Below are positions 32,559 through 42,750 of a DNA stretch of 64,000 bases, piece after piece (within the stretch, counting starts at the first letter, position 1; every line of letters begins with the position of its first letter). The DNA is taken from positions 1-64,000 of the forward strand of contig CAWGJO010000037.1 in the NCBI GenBank assembly GCA_963822945.1. The letters run 5' to 3'. The notes under the pieces were generated by a model. It was not told the origin of the DNA. It saw only the letters and a program-made list of their open reading frames with translations, and ran no database searches. The stretch comes from an uncultured Gemmatimonadaceae bacterium. GTDB lineage: Bacteria > Gemmatimonadota > Gemmatimonadetes > Gemmatimonadales > Gemmatimonadaceae. Position numbers and translations under genes: made by a program.

Positions 32559-33136
32559 CGAACGCCCAGCGGCGGGGTCACCGGCGCCGGCTCATCGAGT
32601 AGATGCTTTACCGCCTGGTCGAGCGCGATGGCCGTGAAAACGCCCTGCACCTGATTCCGCACGCGTCCCTGCCGGTCGATGAGGAACGACGTGGGCAGCA
32701 GGTTCACGTTGCCGAAGGTCTGCACCACCGGCGCCGACGCCATGGCGACCGGATAGGTGATGTGGTGCTCGGCCAGGAACTGCTGCACGGGGGCGGTGCC
32801 GTCGGCGTCCATGGCCACGCCGAGCACCACGAAGCCGCGGTTCTTGTTGAGTTCGTAGACGGACTCGAACCCCGGCATCTCGAGCCGGCAGGGCGGGCAC
32901 CAGGTGGCCCAGAAGTTCAGGAGCACCACCTTGCCCTTGAGCTGGTCGCTGGTGACGACGTTGCCGTCGAGGGTGGTGAGCTGGAAGGCGGGGCCGGCGG
33001 CGCTGGCGTTGGGTGAGGAGGCCACCCCCACCGCGGCTGCGGCCTGAGGCCAGATGCGGTATCCGACGAAGGCGGCCAGGGCGACCCAGAAGAGGGCCTG
33101 CCAGCGGAAGCGCTTGAGCATTCGAGGAATCGACAT
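32555..33136 (-). CDS. TlpA/ResA thiol-disulfide reductase
   Basis: NFWATWCPPCRLEMP, LPTSFLIDRQG. Confidence 0.92.
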   Translation of the reverse strand: MSIPRMLKRFRWQALFWVALAAFVGYRIWPQAAAAVGVASSPNASAAGPAFQLTTLDGNVVTSDQLKGKVVLLNFWATWCPPCRLEMPGFESVYELNKNRGFVVLGVAMDADGTAPVQQFLAEHHITYPVAMASAPVVQTFGNVNLLPTSFLIDRQGRVRNQVQGVFTAIALDQAVKHLLDEPAPVTPPLGVR

Positions 33137-33411
33137 GACTATAGTCGTGAGTGGTTATATGGTAATGTTATCGCCTTCATCGATCGGGGCAAGCCTCGGG
33201 TGCGGGCCGGGCGGAGGCCCCTCCCGCCCCGGTTTCCGGGCCAAACGGCCGGGCTCGGGGGCCTCAGGTGACCAACGACGGGTCAACCGCCTATCTTCAT
33301 TAATCGTTCCCGGGCCCGCCCGGGCCGACTATCGTATCCGTTGCAACAACACCGGCTTCCAAGCCTGGCTGGCCGTCGCCGCCGGCGCGGAGCGTTGCGG
33401 TCGAGGAGCAT

Positions 33412-35811
33412 ATGGCAAGCACCAACGCAGAGATCACCGGGTTGGCAGGATCGCTCACCCCCGAAGACATCCTGAACGACTACCGGATCGCCTGGCGGAG
33501 CCGTCAGGTGAGCCTGCTGGCCCGCGGCGAAGTGATGTTGGGCCGCGCGATGTTCGGCATCTTCGGGGACGGTAAAGAGGTCGCGCAGGTTGCCCTGGCC
33601 CGGGCATTCCGGAATGGGGACTTCCGCTCCGGCTACTATCGCGACCAGACGCTGATGATGGCGCTGGGCCTGCTCACGGTGCAGGAGTTCTTCGCCCAGC
33701 TCTACGCCCATACCGATGTCGAGGCCGATCCCGCCTCGGCCGGCCGGGGGATGAACGCGCACTTCGGGACCCGCACGCTCGACGCCGAGGGGCGGTGGGT
33801 GAACCTGCTGGAATCGGCGCAGTCAGCGGCCGACAGCTCGCCCACCGGCTCGCAGATGCCGCGGCTCTTGGGGCTGGCCTACGCCTCCAAGCTCTATCGC
33901 GAGCTGCCGGGGCTGCACGATTTCACGGATTTCTCGCGCAACGGCGATGAGGTGGCCTTCGGCACCATCGGCAACGCGTCGTGCGCCGAAGGGGTGTTCT
34001 GGGAGACGGTGAACGCGGCGGGAGTGCTGCAGGTGCCGATGCTGCTCTCCATCTGGGACGACGGCTACGGCATCTCGGTGCCCAACGACCTACAGGTCAC
34101 CAAGTCCGACATCGGCGCGCTGCTCGAAGGCTTCCGCCGGTCCCCCGGCAAGAAGCAGCTCGGCTTCGAGATCGCCAAGGTGCGCGGGTGGGATTACGCG
34201 GCGCTCGTCGAGACCTACCAGCGCGTGGCCGATCTCGTTCGCCACGAGCACGTGCCGGCGGTGGTGCACGTTACCGAACTCACGCAGCCGCAGGGCCACT
34301 CCACCTCGGGCAGCCACGAGCGCTACAAGTCCAAGAAGCGGCTCCAGTGGGAAAAGGAGCACGACGGGCTGGTGAAGCTGCGCCAGTGGATGATCGACAA
34401 CGAGATCGCCACGGCCGAAGAACTCGACGCGCTGCAGGACGAGGAGAAGGCGGCGGTGCTCGCCGGGCGCGACGAAGCGTGGGCCGCGTACGAAGAGCCG
34501 ATCCGCGCCGAGGCGCAGGGTGTCATCGAACTGCTGAACGCCGCGGCGGCCGCCGCGAGTGAGGGAACGCGGCCGCGCGTCGAAGCGTTGCGCGACGAAT
34601 TGGCGCGCCGGAAGGATCCGCTCCGCCGCGACGTCGCCGTGGCGGCCCGCCGGGCACTGGCCGCGGTGCGCGCCGAGGGCGACGCGGTGGCCGGTTCGCT
34701 GGCGCAGTGGATGGAGGAGCAGAAGCCGCTCAACGACGATCGCTATCACACGCACCTCTACGCCGAAGGCGACGACTCGGCGCTCCGCGTGGCGGTGGAA
34801 GCGCCCGAGTACGCCGACGACGCGTCAGAGGTGGACGGGTTCAGGGTGGTGAACGCCTGCTTCGACGCGGCGCTCGCGCGCGACCCGCGCGTCATCGCCT
34901 TCGGCGAGGACGTGGGCAAGTTGGGCGACGTGAACCAGGGCTTCGCCGACCTGCAGGCCAAGTACGGCGAGCTGCGGGTGGGCGACACCGGCATCCGCGA
35001 GGCCACCATCGTCGGCCAGGCCATCGGCATGGCGACGCGGGGGCTGCGGCCGATTGCCGAGATCCAGTACATCGACTACCTGCTGTATGCGCTGCAGGTC
35101 CTGTCGGACGACCTGGCGACGCTTCGCTACCGCACCGCAGGCGGGCAGAAGGCGCCCGTGATCGTGCGGACGCGCGGGCACCGGCTGGTGGGCATCTGGC
35201 ACTCGGGCTCGCCCATGGGGATGATCATCAACTCGCTGCGCGGCGTGCACGTGCTGGTGCCGCGCGACATGACGCGGGCGGCGGGGTTCTACAACACGCT
35301 GCTGCAGTCGGGCGATCCCGGGCTCGTGGTCGAGGTGCTGAACGCGTACCGCGTGAAGGAACGGATGCCGAGCAACATCGGCACGATGACCGTGCCGCTC
35401 GGCGTACCCGAGGTGCTGCGCGAGGGCACCGACGCGACGATCGTGACCTACGGGGCCTGCTGCCCGGTGGCGCTCGAGGCGGCGCGGTTGCTGCATGAGA
35501 ACGCGGGCATCGAGGCGGAAGTGATCGACGTGCAGTCGCTGCTCCCGTTCGACGTGAACGGCATGATCCTGGAGTCGCTGAAGAAGACGAACCGCGTGCT
35601 CTTCCTGGACGAGGATGTGCCCGGCGGGGCCAGTGCCTACATGATGCGCGAAGTGCTGGAGCGTCAGGGCGGCTTCTACTGGCTCGACGCCACGCCGCGC
35701 ACGCTCACTGCAGCGGCACACCGGCCGGCCTACGGTCGCGACGGGGACTACTGGTCCAAGCCCGGTGTGGAGGACGTGTACGAGGCGGTGTTCGGCCTGG
35801 TCGGGGAGTAG
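33412..35811 (+). CDS. Fused alpha/beta E1 subunit of a 2-oxoacid (probably branched-chain) dehydrogenase
   Basis: GYYRDQ, GNASCAEG, GHSTSG, FGEDVG, AEIQY, EVIDVQSLLP in a single 799-aa ORF. Confidence 0.9.
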   Translation: MASTNAEITGLAGSLTPEDILNDYRIAWRSRQVSLLARGEVMLGRAMFGIFGDGKEVAQVALARAFRNGDFRSGYYRDQTLMMALGLLTVQEFFAQLYAHTDVEADPASAGRGMNAHFGTRTLDAEGRWVNLLESAQSAADSSPTGSQMPRLLGLAYASKLYRELPGLHDFTDFSRNGDEVAFGTIGNASCAEGVFWETVNAAGVLQVPMLLSIWDDGYGISVPNDLQVTKSDIGALLEGFRRSPGKKQLGFEIAKVRGWDYAALVETYQRVADLVRHEHVPAVVHVTELTQPQGHSTSGSHERYKSKKRLQWEKEHDGLVKLRQWMIDNEIATAEELDALQDEEKAAVLAGRDEAWAAYEEPIRAEAQGVIELLNAAAAAASEGTRPRVEALRDELARRKDPLRRDVAVAARRALAAVRAEGDAVAGSLAQWMEEQKPLNDDRYHTHLYAEGDDSALRVAVEAPEYADDASEVDGFRVVNACFDAALARDPRVIAFGEDVGKLGDVNQGFADLQAKYGELRVGDTGIREATIVGQAIGMATRGLRPIAEIQYIDYLLYALQVLSDDLATLRYRTAGGQKAPVIVRTRGHRLVGIWHSGSPMGMIINSLRGVHVLVPRDMTRAAGFYNTLLQSGDPGLVVEVLNAYRVKERMPSNIGTMTVPLGVPEVLREGTDATIVTYGACCPVALEAARLLHENAGIEAEVIDVQSLLPFDVNGMILESLKKTNRVLFLDEDVPGGASAYMMREVLERQGGFYWLDATPRTLTAAAHRPAYGRDGDYWSKPGVEDVYEAVFGLVGE

Positions 35812-35845
35812 ACTGAAACCTCGGCCCACGACGGCCCGTTGGGAG

Positions 35846-35882
35846 AACGTCGGCGCGGATCAGTTCCGTGCCGGCGTTTTTC
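35846..35882 (+). terminator. Intrinsic terminator after the E1 gene
   Basis: AACGTCGGCGCGGA-TCAGT-TCCGTGCCGGCGTT followed by TTT. Confidence 0.65.
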
Positions 35883-36033
35883 ATATCTTCGTGCGCCGTG
35901 GAGCCCATCGTCGGCCGCGGTTCAAACCGGGAGGCCGCGTCCGCTGTCTCAGGACTTCCGCGGTCCCGGCACATCCACCAGGCCGTCGAGGCACTCGACC
36001 CGAACACCAACACCCCTCACCAGGACCCCAGTC

Positions 36034-36609
36034 ATGCTCGGTTACAACGTCGCGCTGTTCGTCCACTTGATGGCGCTGCTCTCGGCCACCGCTGCCTCCG
36101 CCATCGTCCATTTTGCGGCGCACCGGCGCGCCGCCGCACCGACGCTGCGTGAGGCGATGGACTGGGGGCGGCTGATCGCCACCACGTCGCGCGTGTTCCC
36201 GATCGCGGTGGTCGCGCTCATCCTGACCGGCGGGTACATGGTGGGAGCCCACTGGAGCTGGCAGGCCGGCTGGGCGCAGGCGGGAATCGGCGGCGCGGTC
36301 GTGCTGCTGGTCGTCGGGGCAGTGATCGGCAAGCGCGGTGCCGCCGAGGCGAAGCGGAACGTCGCCCGGCTGCAGCAGGCCGGGCACAACCTGCCCAACG
36401 ACGGCGCGCCCGATCGCGTAGCCGCGGTGCTGGGCGACATGAATACCTGGCTGGCGCTTTCGATCGTGCTCGTGATGACGGTCAAGCCGGCGCTGCCGGG
36501 GTCGCTGACGCTCCTGGCAATCGGGGGGGCCATCGGCGCCATGCGCGGCGCGCGCCGGCGTCGCGTGCCGGAGGCAGTGTCTGCGGACGTGAAGGCCGAA
36601 GCGGCCTGA
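36034..36609 (+). CDS. Membrane protein (DUF2269-like)
   Basis: [19 protein letters not shown]; several transmembrane helices. Confidence 0.6.
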   Translation: MLGYNVALFVHLMALLSATAASAIVHFAAHRRAAAPTLREAMDWGRLIATTSRVFPIAVVALILTGGYMVGAHWSWQAGWAQAGIGGAVVLLVVGAVIGKRGAAEAKRNVARLQQAGHNLPNDGAPDRVAAVLGDMNTWLALSIVLVMTVKPALPGSLTLLAIGGAIGAMRGARRRRVPEAVSADVKAEAA

Positions 36610-36663
36610 CGCCCGAGCGCGTTGGCGCGAAGGACTGGAAGCCTTCGCGCCAACGACCCACGC

Positions 36664-39320
36664 CTAGTCGGCGCGCAGCGCGATCACAGGATCCACCTTC
36701 ACCGCACGCATGGCCGGAATGCCCGTCGCGGCCACGGCCACGACCACCATGGTGCACGCCGCGGCGGCAAACACCGTCAGGTTGCCGGCCCCGACCGAGA
36801 ACAGCATCGCCGACACCACGCGCCCCAGCGCCGCGGCGCCGACGAGTCCCACGGCCAGCCCGCCCAGGAGCAGTACGCCGGCCTGCGAGGCGATCACGCG
36901 CAGCACGTCGGACCGCCGCGCGCCCAGGGCAATGCGCACGCCGATCTCCTTGGTGCGTTGCGCCACGGAGTAGGCGATGACGCCGTAGAGGCCGATCGCG
37001 GCAAGGAACAGCGCCACGCCGGCCAGCATGCCGAGCATCTGCGCCGCGGCCTGCTGTCCGCGGAGCGGACCGGAGATGTAGTCGGCGAGCGGCATGGTGT
37101 TGTATACCGGCACCGTGGGGTCGGCGGACTTCACCGCCGACGCGATGATGCTCGTGGCCTGCGCGGCGGGTTCGGCCGACCGCACCACGAAGGTGTAGCC
37201 GTACTCGGGCCGATACACCTGGCGCACGGGCACGTAGAAGTACGGGGTGGGAGGATCGGTGAGACGGAAGTTCTTCACGTCCCCGGCCACGCCCACGATG
37301 GTGAACCACCGCCCCCACCCGTGCACCTTCACGCCCAGCGGCGCCCGGCCGTGCAGGAAGCGGTCGACGAACGCCCGGTTCACGATCATCACCGGTGTGT
37401 GCGTGGAGTCGTCGTCCTGCCGGAAGTCGCGGCCGGCGACGAGCGGAATCTTCATCGCGCCGAAGTAGCCGGGCCCGATGGCCGCGCGATGGATCTTCAT
37501 GTTCTCGCCGGTCTGTGGCGCATAGCCTTCCACCCGCAGGTCCTCCCACGATCCCTCGTCCACGCTCAGCGGTACGTGGTCGGTGTAGCTCACGGCCGAG
37601 ATGCCCGGCTGACGGCGGATGTCGTCGGATACGTTGCGCAGGAACGCGTCGGCGGCGGCCGAATCGTACCCGGCGAGCGTGAGGCTCACCGAGCCGATGG
37701 CCACGTGGTCTGCCGAGAACCCGGGCGAGACGGCGCGGGTCTGGCGGAAGCTGCTGTAGAACAGTCCGGCGCCCACCAGCGACACCACCGCCAACGCCAT
37801 CTCGGCGGCCACGAGCACGCCGCGAAGGCGCGTGGCGTGCACCCCGCCGCCCACGGCGGCGCGGCCGCCGGCGTTGAGCGCGTCGCCCACCCGTTCGCGC
37901 GAGCCGTGCAGCGCCGGCGCGATGCCCGGCCACGAGCGTCACGGCCGCGGCCAGCGCAGCCGTGAAGCCGAGCACGCCCAGATCCACGTGCGGATCGAGC
38001 AGCGACGGGACGGAGAACGCGGGCACGAGCCAGCGCAGCGACCGCGCGAGCCAGACCGTGCACAGCAATCCCAGCGCCGAGCCGGCCACGGCGAGGATGG
38101 AGGCCTCGGTGAGCAGCTGCCGTACGAGTCGCCGTCGCGGCGCGCCAAGGGCCAACCGGAGTCCGAATTCGCGCCGGCGGCCCGTGGCGCGGGCCAGCAG
38201 CAGGTTGGCCATGTTGGCGCAGGCGATGAGCAGCACCAGCCCGCACGCACCGAGCAGCACGACGAGTGGCGCGCGCAGCGTGTCCTGCATGCCGAAGTGC
38301 GATTCCCACAGCGGCAGCAGTTGGCCGCCCATGCCCTCGCTCACGGCGCCGTTGGCCCGCGCCATGAACGCGCCGAACTGACGCACCTCGTTGCGGGCGA
38401 TGGCGGGCGCGACGCGGGGCGAGATGCGCGCCAGCACGCGGAACATGCGCGTGCCGCGATCGCGGAGCATCCATCCGCCGGTGGGCACGATCTGGCCGAG
38501 CGTGGTGGCCGGAATCCAGAGCTGGAACTCCTGGCCCGCCATGCGACCCGTGGAACGCGGGCGGCGCCACGCCGATGATGGTGAACGGATAGCGGTTGAT
38601 CTGCACCACGCTGCCGATGGCCGAGCGGTCGCCGTGCCAGCGCGTCTTCCAGTAGTCGTAGCTGATGACGGCCTCGGGCGCCGCGCCCTGTGCGTCGTCC
38701 AGCTTGGCCGGGAAGAACCGGCCCACGGCCGGCCGCACCTGGAGCACGTCGAAGAAGTTGGCCGAGACGAGCTCGCCCCAGCGGCGCTCGGTATGATCGG
38801 CGTCGCCCAGGGCGAGCGAGGTGGGATACGCGGCGGCCAGGCCGTCGAACGACTTGAGGTACCGGCGGTAGTCGCGGTAGTCGAGCCATGAGGTGCCCAC
38901 CGCACTTCCGGAGGCCGTCGTCGATTCCAGCGCCCACACGCGCCCCGGATTGCCGGCTCCCGGCAGCGGGTCGAGCAGGATGGCGCGCGTCCAGCTGAAC
39001 ACGGTGGTCGTGGCGGCGATGCCGATGGCGAGCGTGACGACGATGACCGCGGTGAGCGCCGGCGCGCGACGCAGTTGGCGCAGCGCGTACCGGGCGTCCA
39101 TGAGGAACGACTCGAAGGTGGGCCACTGCCAGGGGTCGCGGGCCTCCTCCTTGAGCCGCGTGACGTTGCCGAACGCGCGATGCGCGGCGGCGGTGGCGTC
39201 GGCGCGCGACATGCCCTGCGCGACGAGTTCGTCGATGCGCTCTTCGAGATGCGCCTGCATCTCGCGCGCCAGATCGTCGTAGATGCGCCGGCGGCGGAAC
39301 AGTCGATCGATCCAGGTCAT
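36664..39320 (-). CDS. ADOP-family duplicated ABC permease (frameshifts near 38555 and 37930)
   Basis: [52 protein letters not shown]. Confidence 0.88.
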
Positions 39321-39658
39321 GCGTCCCCCAGCGCGAGCACGAGGTTGATGCCCTCGAACATCCGCGTGAAGCTCGACACCTGTGCGCCGAGGTGTTTGGC
39401 GCCGGCAGGCGTGAGGCGGTAAATGCGCACGCGCCGGTTGTTGGCCGATACGCCCCACGCCGCGTCCACCAGGCCTTCCTTGAGCAGACGCTGGAGCGCG
39501 GGATAGAGGGATCCCTCTTCCACCTGGAGCAGGTTGTTGGACGCCTGCTGGATGCGTTGCACGAGCGCGTAGCCGTGCATCGGCTCTTGCTTGAGCAGGC
39601 GCAGGACCATCATCTCCAGCGCGCCGGGAAACAGATCGCGTGATTTGGAAGCGGGCAT
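39317..39658 (-). CDS. PadR-family regulator (acidobacterial type)
   Basis: HGYAL, EEGSLYPALQRL, NNRRVRIYRLT; ATGA overlap with the permease. Confidence 0.92.
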   Translation of the reverse strand: MPASKSRDLFPGALEMMVLRLLKQEPMHGYALVQRIQQASNNLLQVEEGSLYPALQRLLKEGLVDAAWGVSANNRRVRIYRLTPAGAKHLGAQVSSFTRMFEGINLVLALGDA

Positions 39659-39928
39659 GTCGTGGTCCGGGAATTGGTCGCGGCAAGATCAGATGACACT
39701 TGGTTCCTCAATGCCTAGACCAAAATAGTATCGATCCGCCGACGGCGTCAAGCGCCACCGGTCGAGGTGTTGCCGGAGTGGCACTCCGCGAACGTCGCGA
39801 ATCGCTGGGCGGCTCCCGTGTGGCTGCGGGGCAGGCACCGGTGCGGAAAATGCCTACGGACCGTAGGGCGGCTGCCTCTGTCCCTTCCCCGAGCCGACCC
39901 GCTATTTGATGCCCGGAGGTCCCTCCCC

Positions 39929-40318
39929 ATGCGCCAAATCGCCGAGACGTTCAAGGCACTGTCCGACGAAGTTCCCATCGAGATCATGACCCTCCTCTTC
40001 CGCCACGGCGAGTTGTGTCTGTGCGACGTGGAGGCGATTCTGGCGCCGCCGGAATCCGAAGCAACCCGTCACCTGCATGCGCTCTGCGCCGCCGGATTGC
40101 TGGAGGAACGCGGCGAGGGCTTCTGGGCGCACTATCGCATACCCCCCCGACCCTCACCGGACTCGCGAGTCGTGCTCGACGCATTGCGCGCCCTGGTCAC
40201 GGACGCGCGCGCGGCCGACCTCAATGCCCGGTACGAGCGTTGGATGGCGGAGAAGGAGTTCGCGGGCCTGGTGATGCCCGGCGAGTGCTGCCACCGGGCT
40301 CGCGAGACGAACGCGTAA
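39929..40318 (+). CDS. ArsR/SmtB-family regulator
   Basis: FKALSD, ELCLCD, RHL..L..AGLL, C-terminal CC. Confidence 0.78.
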   Translation: MRQIAETFKALSDEVPIEIMTLLFRHGELCLCDVEAILAPPESEATRHLHALCAAGLLEERGEGFWAHYRIPPRPSPDSRVVLDALRALVTDARAADLNARYERWMAEKEFAGLVMPGECCHRARETNA

Positions 40319-40508
40319 CGCGCGAAGTCGGTCTCCCAGATCACCCGAAGGCAACACGCGGTTCTCCGCCGCCGATCCGCGCGGCCGGGTCCCATTCAGC
40401 CGCGCCTGTTGAGCCGACGCAAGCCGCGGGACGGTTGCGGACGGCGCCGTTCCGATGCAGCATCCACGCGATCGGCCCCCGCACGCCATTTCATTGGAGA
40501 GTCCCGTC

Positions 40509-41309
40509 ATGAAGGCGCCCGCCGCCATTGCCGTCCTGTTGCTCGTCTGCGCCGCCGCCCCGGCCACTGCGCAGGGTACCAAGCCCCGTCCCGAAGACAC
40601 CGAGGTCTGGAAGCCCGTCCCCCGCGTCGTCACGCCGGGCCGCACGGATCTCGATGCGCCATCCGACGCAGTCGTCCTCTTCAACGGCCACGACGAGAGC
40701 CAGTGGGTGGATGTGCGCGATCACTCGCCCGCCAAGTGGGACGTGCACGACGGCATCCTCACGGTGAACAAGCACGCCGGGAACATCGAGACCAAGCGCT
40801 CGTTCACCAACTACCAGTTGCACCTCGAGTGGCGTGTGCCCGAGGGGATCACCGGTTCCGGGCAGGCGCGCGGCAACAGCGGTGTCTTTCTCGCGTCCAC
40901 CGGGCCGGGCGACGACGGCTACGAGATCCAGGTGCTCGACTCGTACGACAACGCCACGTACGTGAACGGACAGGCGGCGGCGATCTACAAACAGTACCCG
41001 CCGCTGGTGAACGCCATGCGCAAGCCGGGCCAGTGGAACGTGTACGACATCATCTGGACGGCGCCCACGTTCAAGGCCGACGGCTCGCTGGACACGCCGG
41101 CGTACGTGACCGCGTTCCAGAACGGCGTGCTGGTGCAGGACCACGTGCCCCTGTTGGGACCCACGCTCTACATCGGCAAGCCGTCGTACAAGGCGCACGG
41201 GCCGGAACCAATCAAGCTGCAGGCGCACGGCGATCCGAGCGCGCCGATCAGCTTCCGCAACATCTGGGTGCGGCCGCTGCCCGACAAACCGCAGGTGCAC
41301 GTGCCGTAG
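40509..41309 (+). CDS. DUF1080 (3-keto-disaccharide hydrolase family) protein
   Basis: PSDAVVLFNG, LHLEW, GNSGVF, YEIQVLDS, LQAHG..ISFRNIW. Confidence 0.9.
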   Translation: MKAPAAIAVLLLVCAAAPATAQGTKPRPEDTEVWKPVPRVVTPGRTDLDAPSDAVVLFNGHDESQWVDVRDHSPAKWDVHDGILTVNKHAGNIETKRSFTNYQLHLEWRVPEGITGSGQARGNSGVFLASTGPGDDGYEIQVLDSYDNATYVNGQAAAIYKQYPPLVNAMRKPGQWNVYDIIWTAPTFKADGSLDTPAYVTAFQNGVLVQDHVPLLGPTLYIGKPSYKAHGPEPIKLQAHGDPSAPISFRNIWVRPLPDKPQVHVP

Positions 41310-41416
41310 CTCACTGACGAAACGCCGGGCCGGTACTAGTTCCGGGGGCGGTCTTTTCGGGCACCGGGGCGGACGCGCGTCACCTCGCCCGACGCTCGCT
41401 CGTCATCCTCGCGTCT

Positions 41417-42640
41417 ATGCTGAAGCAGAAGCTGAGGGCCCTCGTCTTCCCCGAGGGCGTCCTGCTCGCCGCCGTGGTGGCGCTGGTCCATTGGGGTGCG
41501 GCGGATCCCTCGGCGGCGCCCATCGTCCGGGCCTACCCCATCGTCGTCCTCGTCGCGGGCACGCTGCTCGCCTGGCGCTTCCGGCGCGGGCGTCTGGTGG
41601 TGGCGCTCGCCGCGCTCGTGCTCGCCGATGGCGCCATGCTCCGCCTCACCCCGCTCGCTCCGGAGGCGGTGCACGCCGCGCCGGCCGTGGTGCGGGCGGT
41701 GGCAATCCTGCTCCCCTTCACGTTCGCGATCCTGGCATTTCTCGGGGAACGCGGGCTGTTCACGAAGCCGGGGCTGCGCCGGCTCGCCATGCTCGCCCTC
41801 CCGGCGGCGATGGTGGTGGGCGTGTGGGTGGCCTCCGACGCCTACCCGCAGCGTACCGCGCGCGTGGTCGACTTCGCGATCCTCCCGCCGCAGTCGGTGG
41901 CCTGGCTGCCCCTCGGGCAGATCGCGACCCTGGGCGCGCTGCTGGCCGTTGCCGCGCTCGTGGTGCGCACGCTGTGGCGCCCCGACTTCGAGAGCCGGGG
42001 ATTCCTCTGGGCAGCGGTGGGGAGCGTCATCGCCGCGAGCGTGGTCGCGGCGGGCGGGCAGACCACGTTGTACCTGGCCAACGCGGGGCTCGTGCTCGTG
42101 GTCGCCACCGTCGAGGCCGCCTACACCATGGCGTACCACGACGAACTCACCGGCCTGCCGGCCCGCCGCGCGCTGCGCGACGAGCTGATGCAGATGAACG
42201 GCACGTACACGATTGCCATGGTCGACGTGGATCACTTCAAGCGCTTCAACGACGACCACGGCCACGCCGCCGGCGACCAGGTGCTGCGTCTCGTAGCAGC
42301 CTGTCTCGGCCGCGTGGGCGGTGGGCGCGCCTACCGGTACGGAGGTGAGGAGTTCGCCGTGCTGTTTCGCGGCAAGAACGTCATCGAGAGCGCACCGTAT
42401 CTGGAGAAGCTGCGCGAGTCGGTGGCCGAGTCGGCATTCATGGTTCGTGGGCCCGGACGCCCCCGCCGCAAGCCGAAGTCGGGGCGCGCCCGTGCGTCGA
42501 AGACCCGTCGCGTCGTGGTCACGGTGAGCATCGGTGCGGCCCACTCGCGCGGCACCGCCGCGCCCTCCGACGTGCTCAAGGCGGCGGACAAGGCCCTCTA
42601 CCGGGCGAAGGAGGGCGGGCGCAATCGCGTGGAGTGGTGA
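41417..42640 (+). CDS. Membrane-bound diguanylate cyclase
   Basis: Multiple transmembrane segments; DELTGL, DVDHFKRFND, RYGGEEF, ADKALYRAK. Confidence 0.92.
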   Translation: MLKQKLRALVFPEGVLLAAVVALVHWGAADPSAAPIVRAYPIVVLVAGTLLAWRFRRGRLVVALAALVLADGAMLRLTPLAPEAVHAAPAVVRAVAILLPFTFAILAFLGERGLFTKPGLRRLAMLALPAAMVVGVWVASDAYPQRTARVVDFAILPPQSVAWLPLGQIATLGALLAVAALVVRTLWRPDFESRGFLWAAVGSVIAASVVAAGGQTTLYLANAGLVLVVATVEAAYTMAYHDELTGLPARRALRDELMQMNGTYTIAMVDVDHFKRFNDDHGHAAGDQVLRLVAACLGRVGGGRAYRYGGEEFAVLFRGKNVIESAPYLEKLRESVAESAFMVRGPGRPRRKPKSGRARASKTRRVVVTVSIGAAHSRGTAAPSDVLKAADKALYRAKEGGRNRVEW

Positions 42641-42750
42641 GCGCGCCCCCCGATTCGCCTGCAGGGCATGGTCCGAACGCCGCGGTGTGGTCGAAAATCA
42701 AGGTATGATACGCGACCCCGTGGCTACGGCCGGGCTCTTGCCGGCCGCCG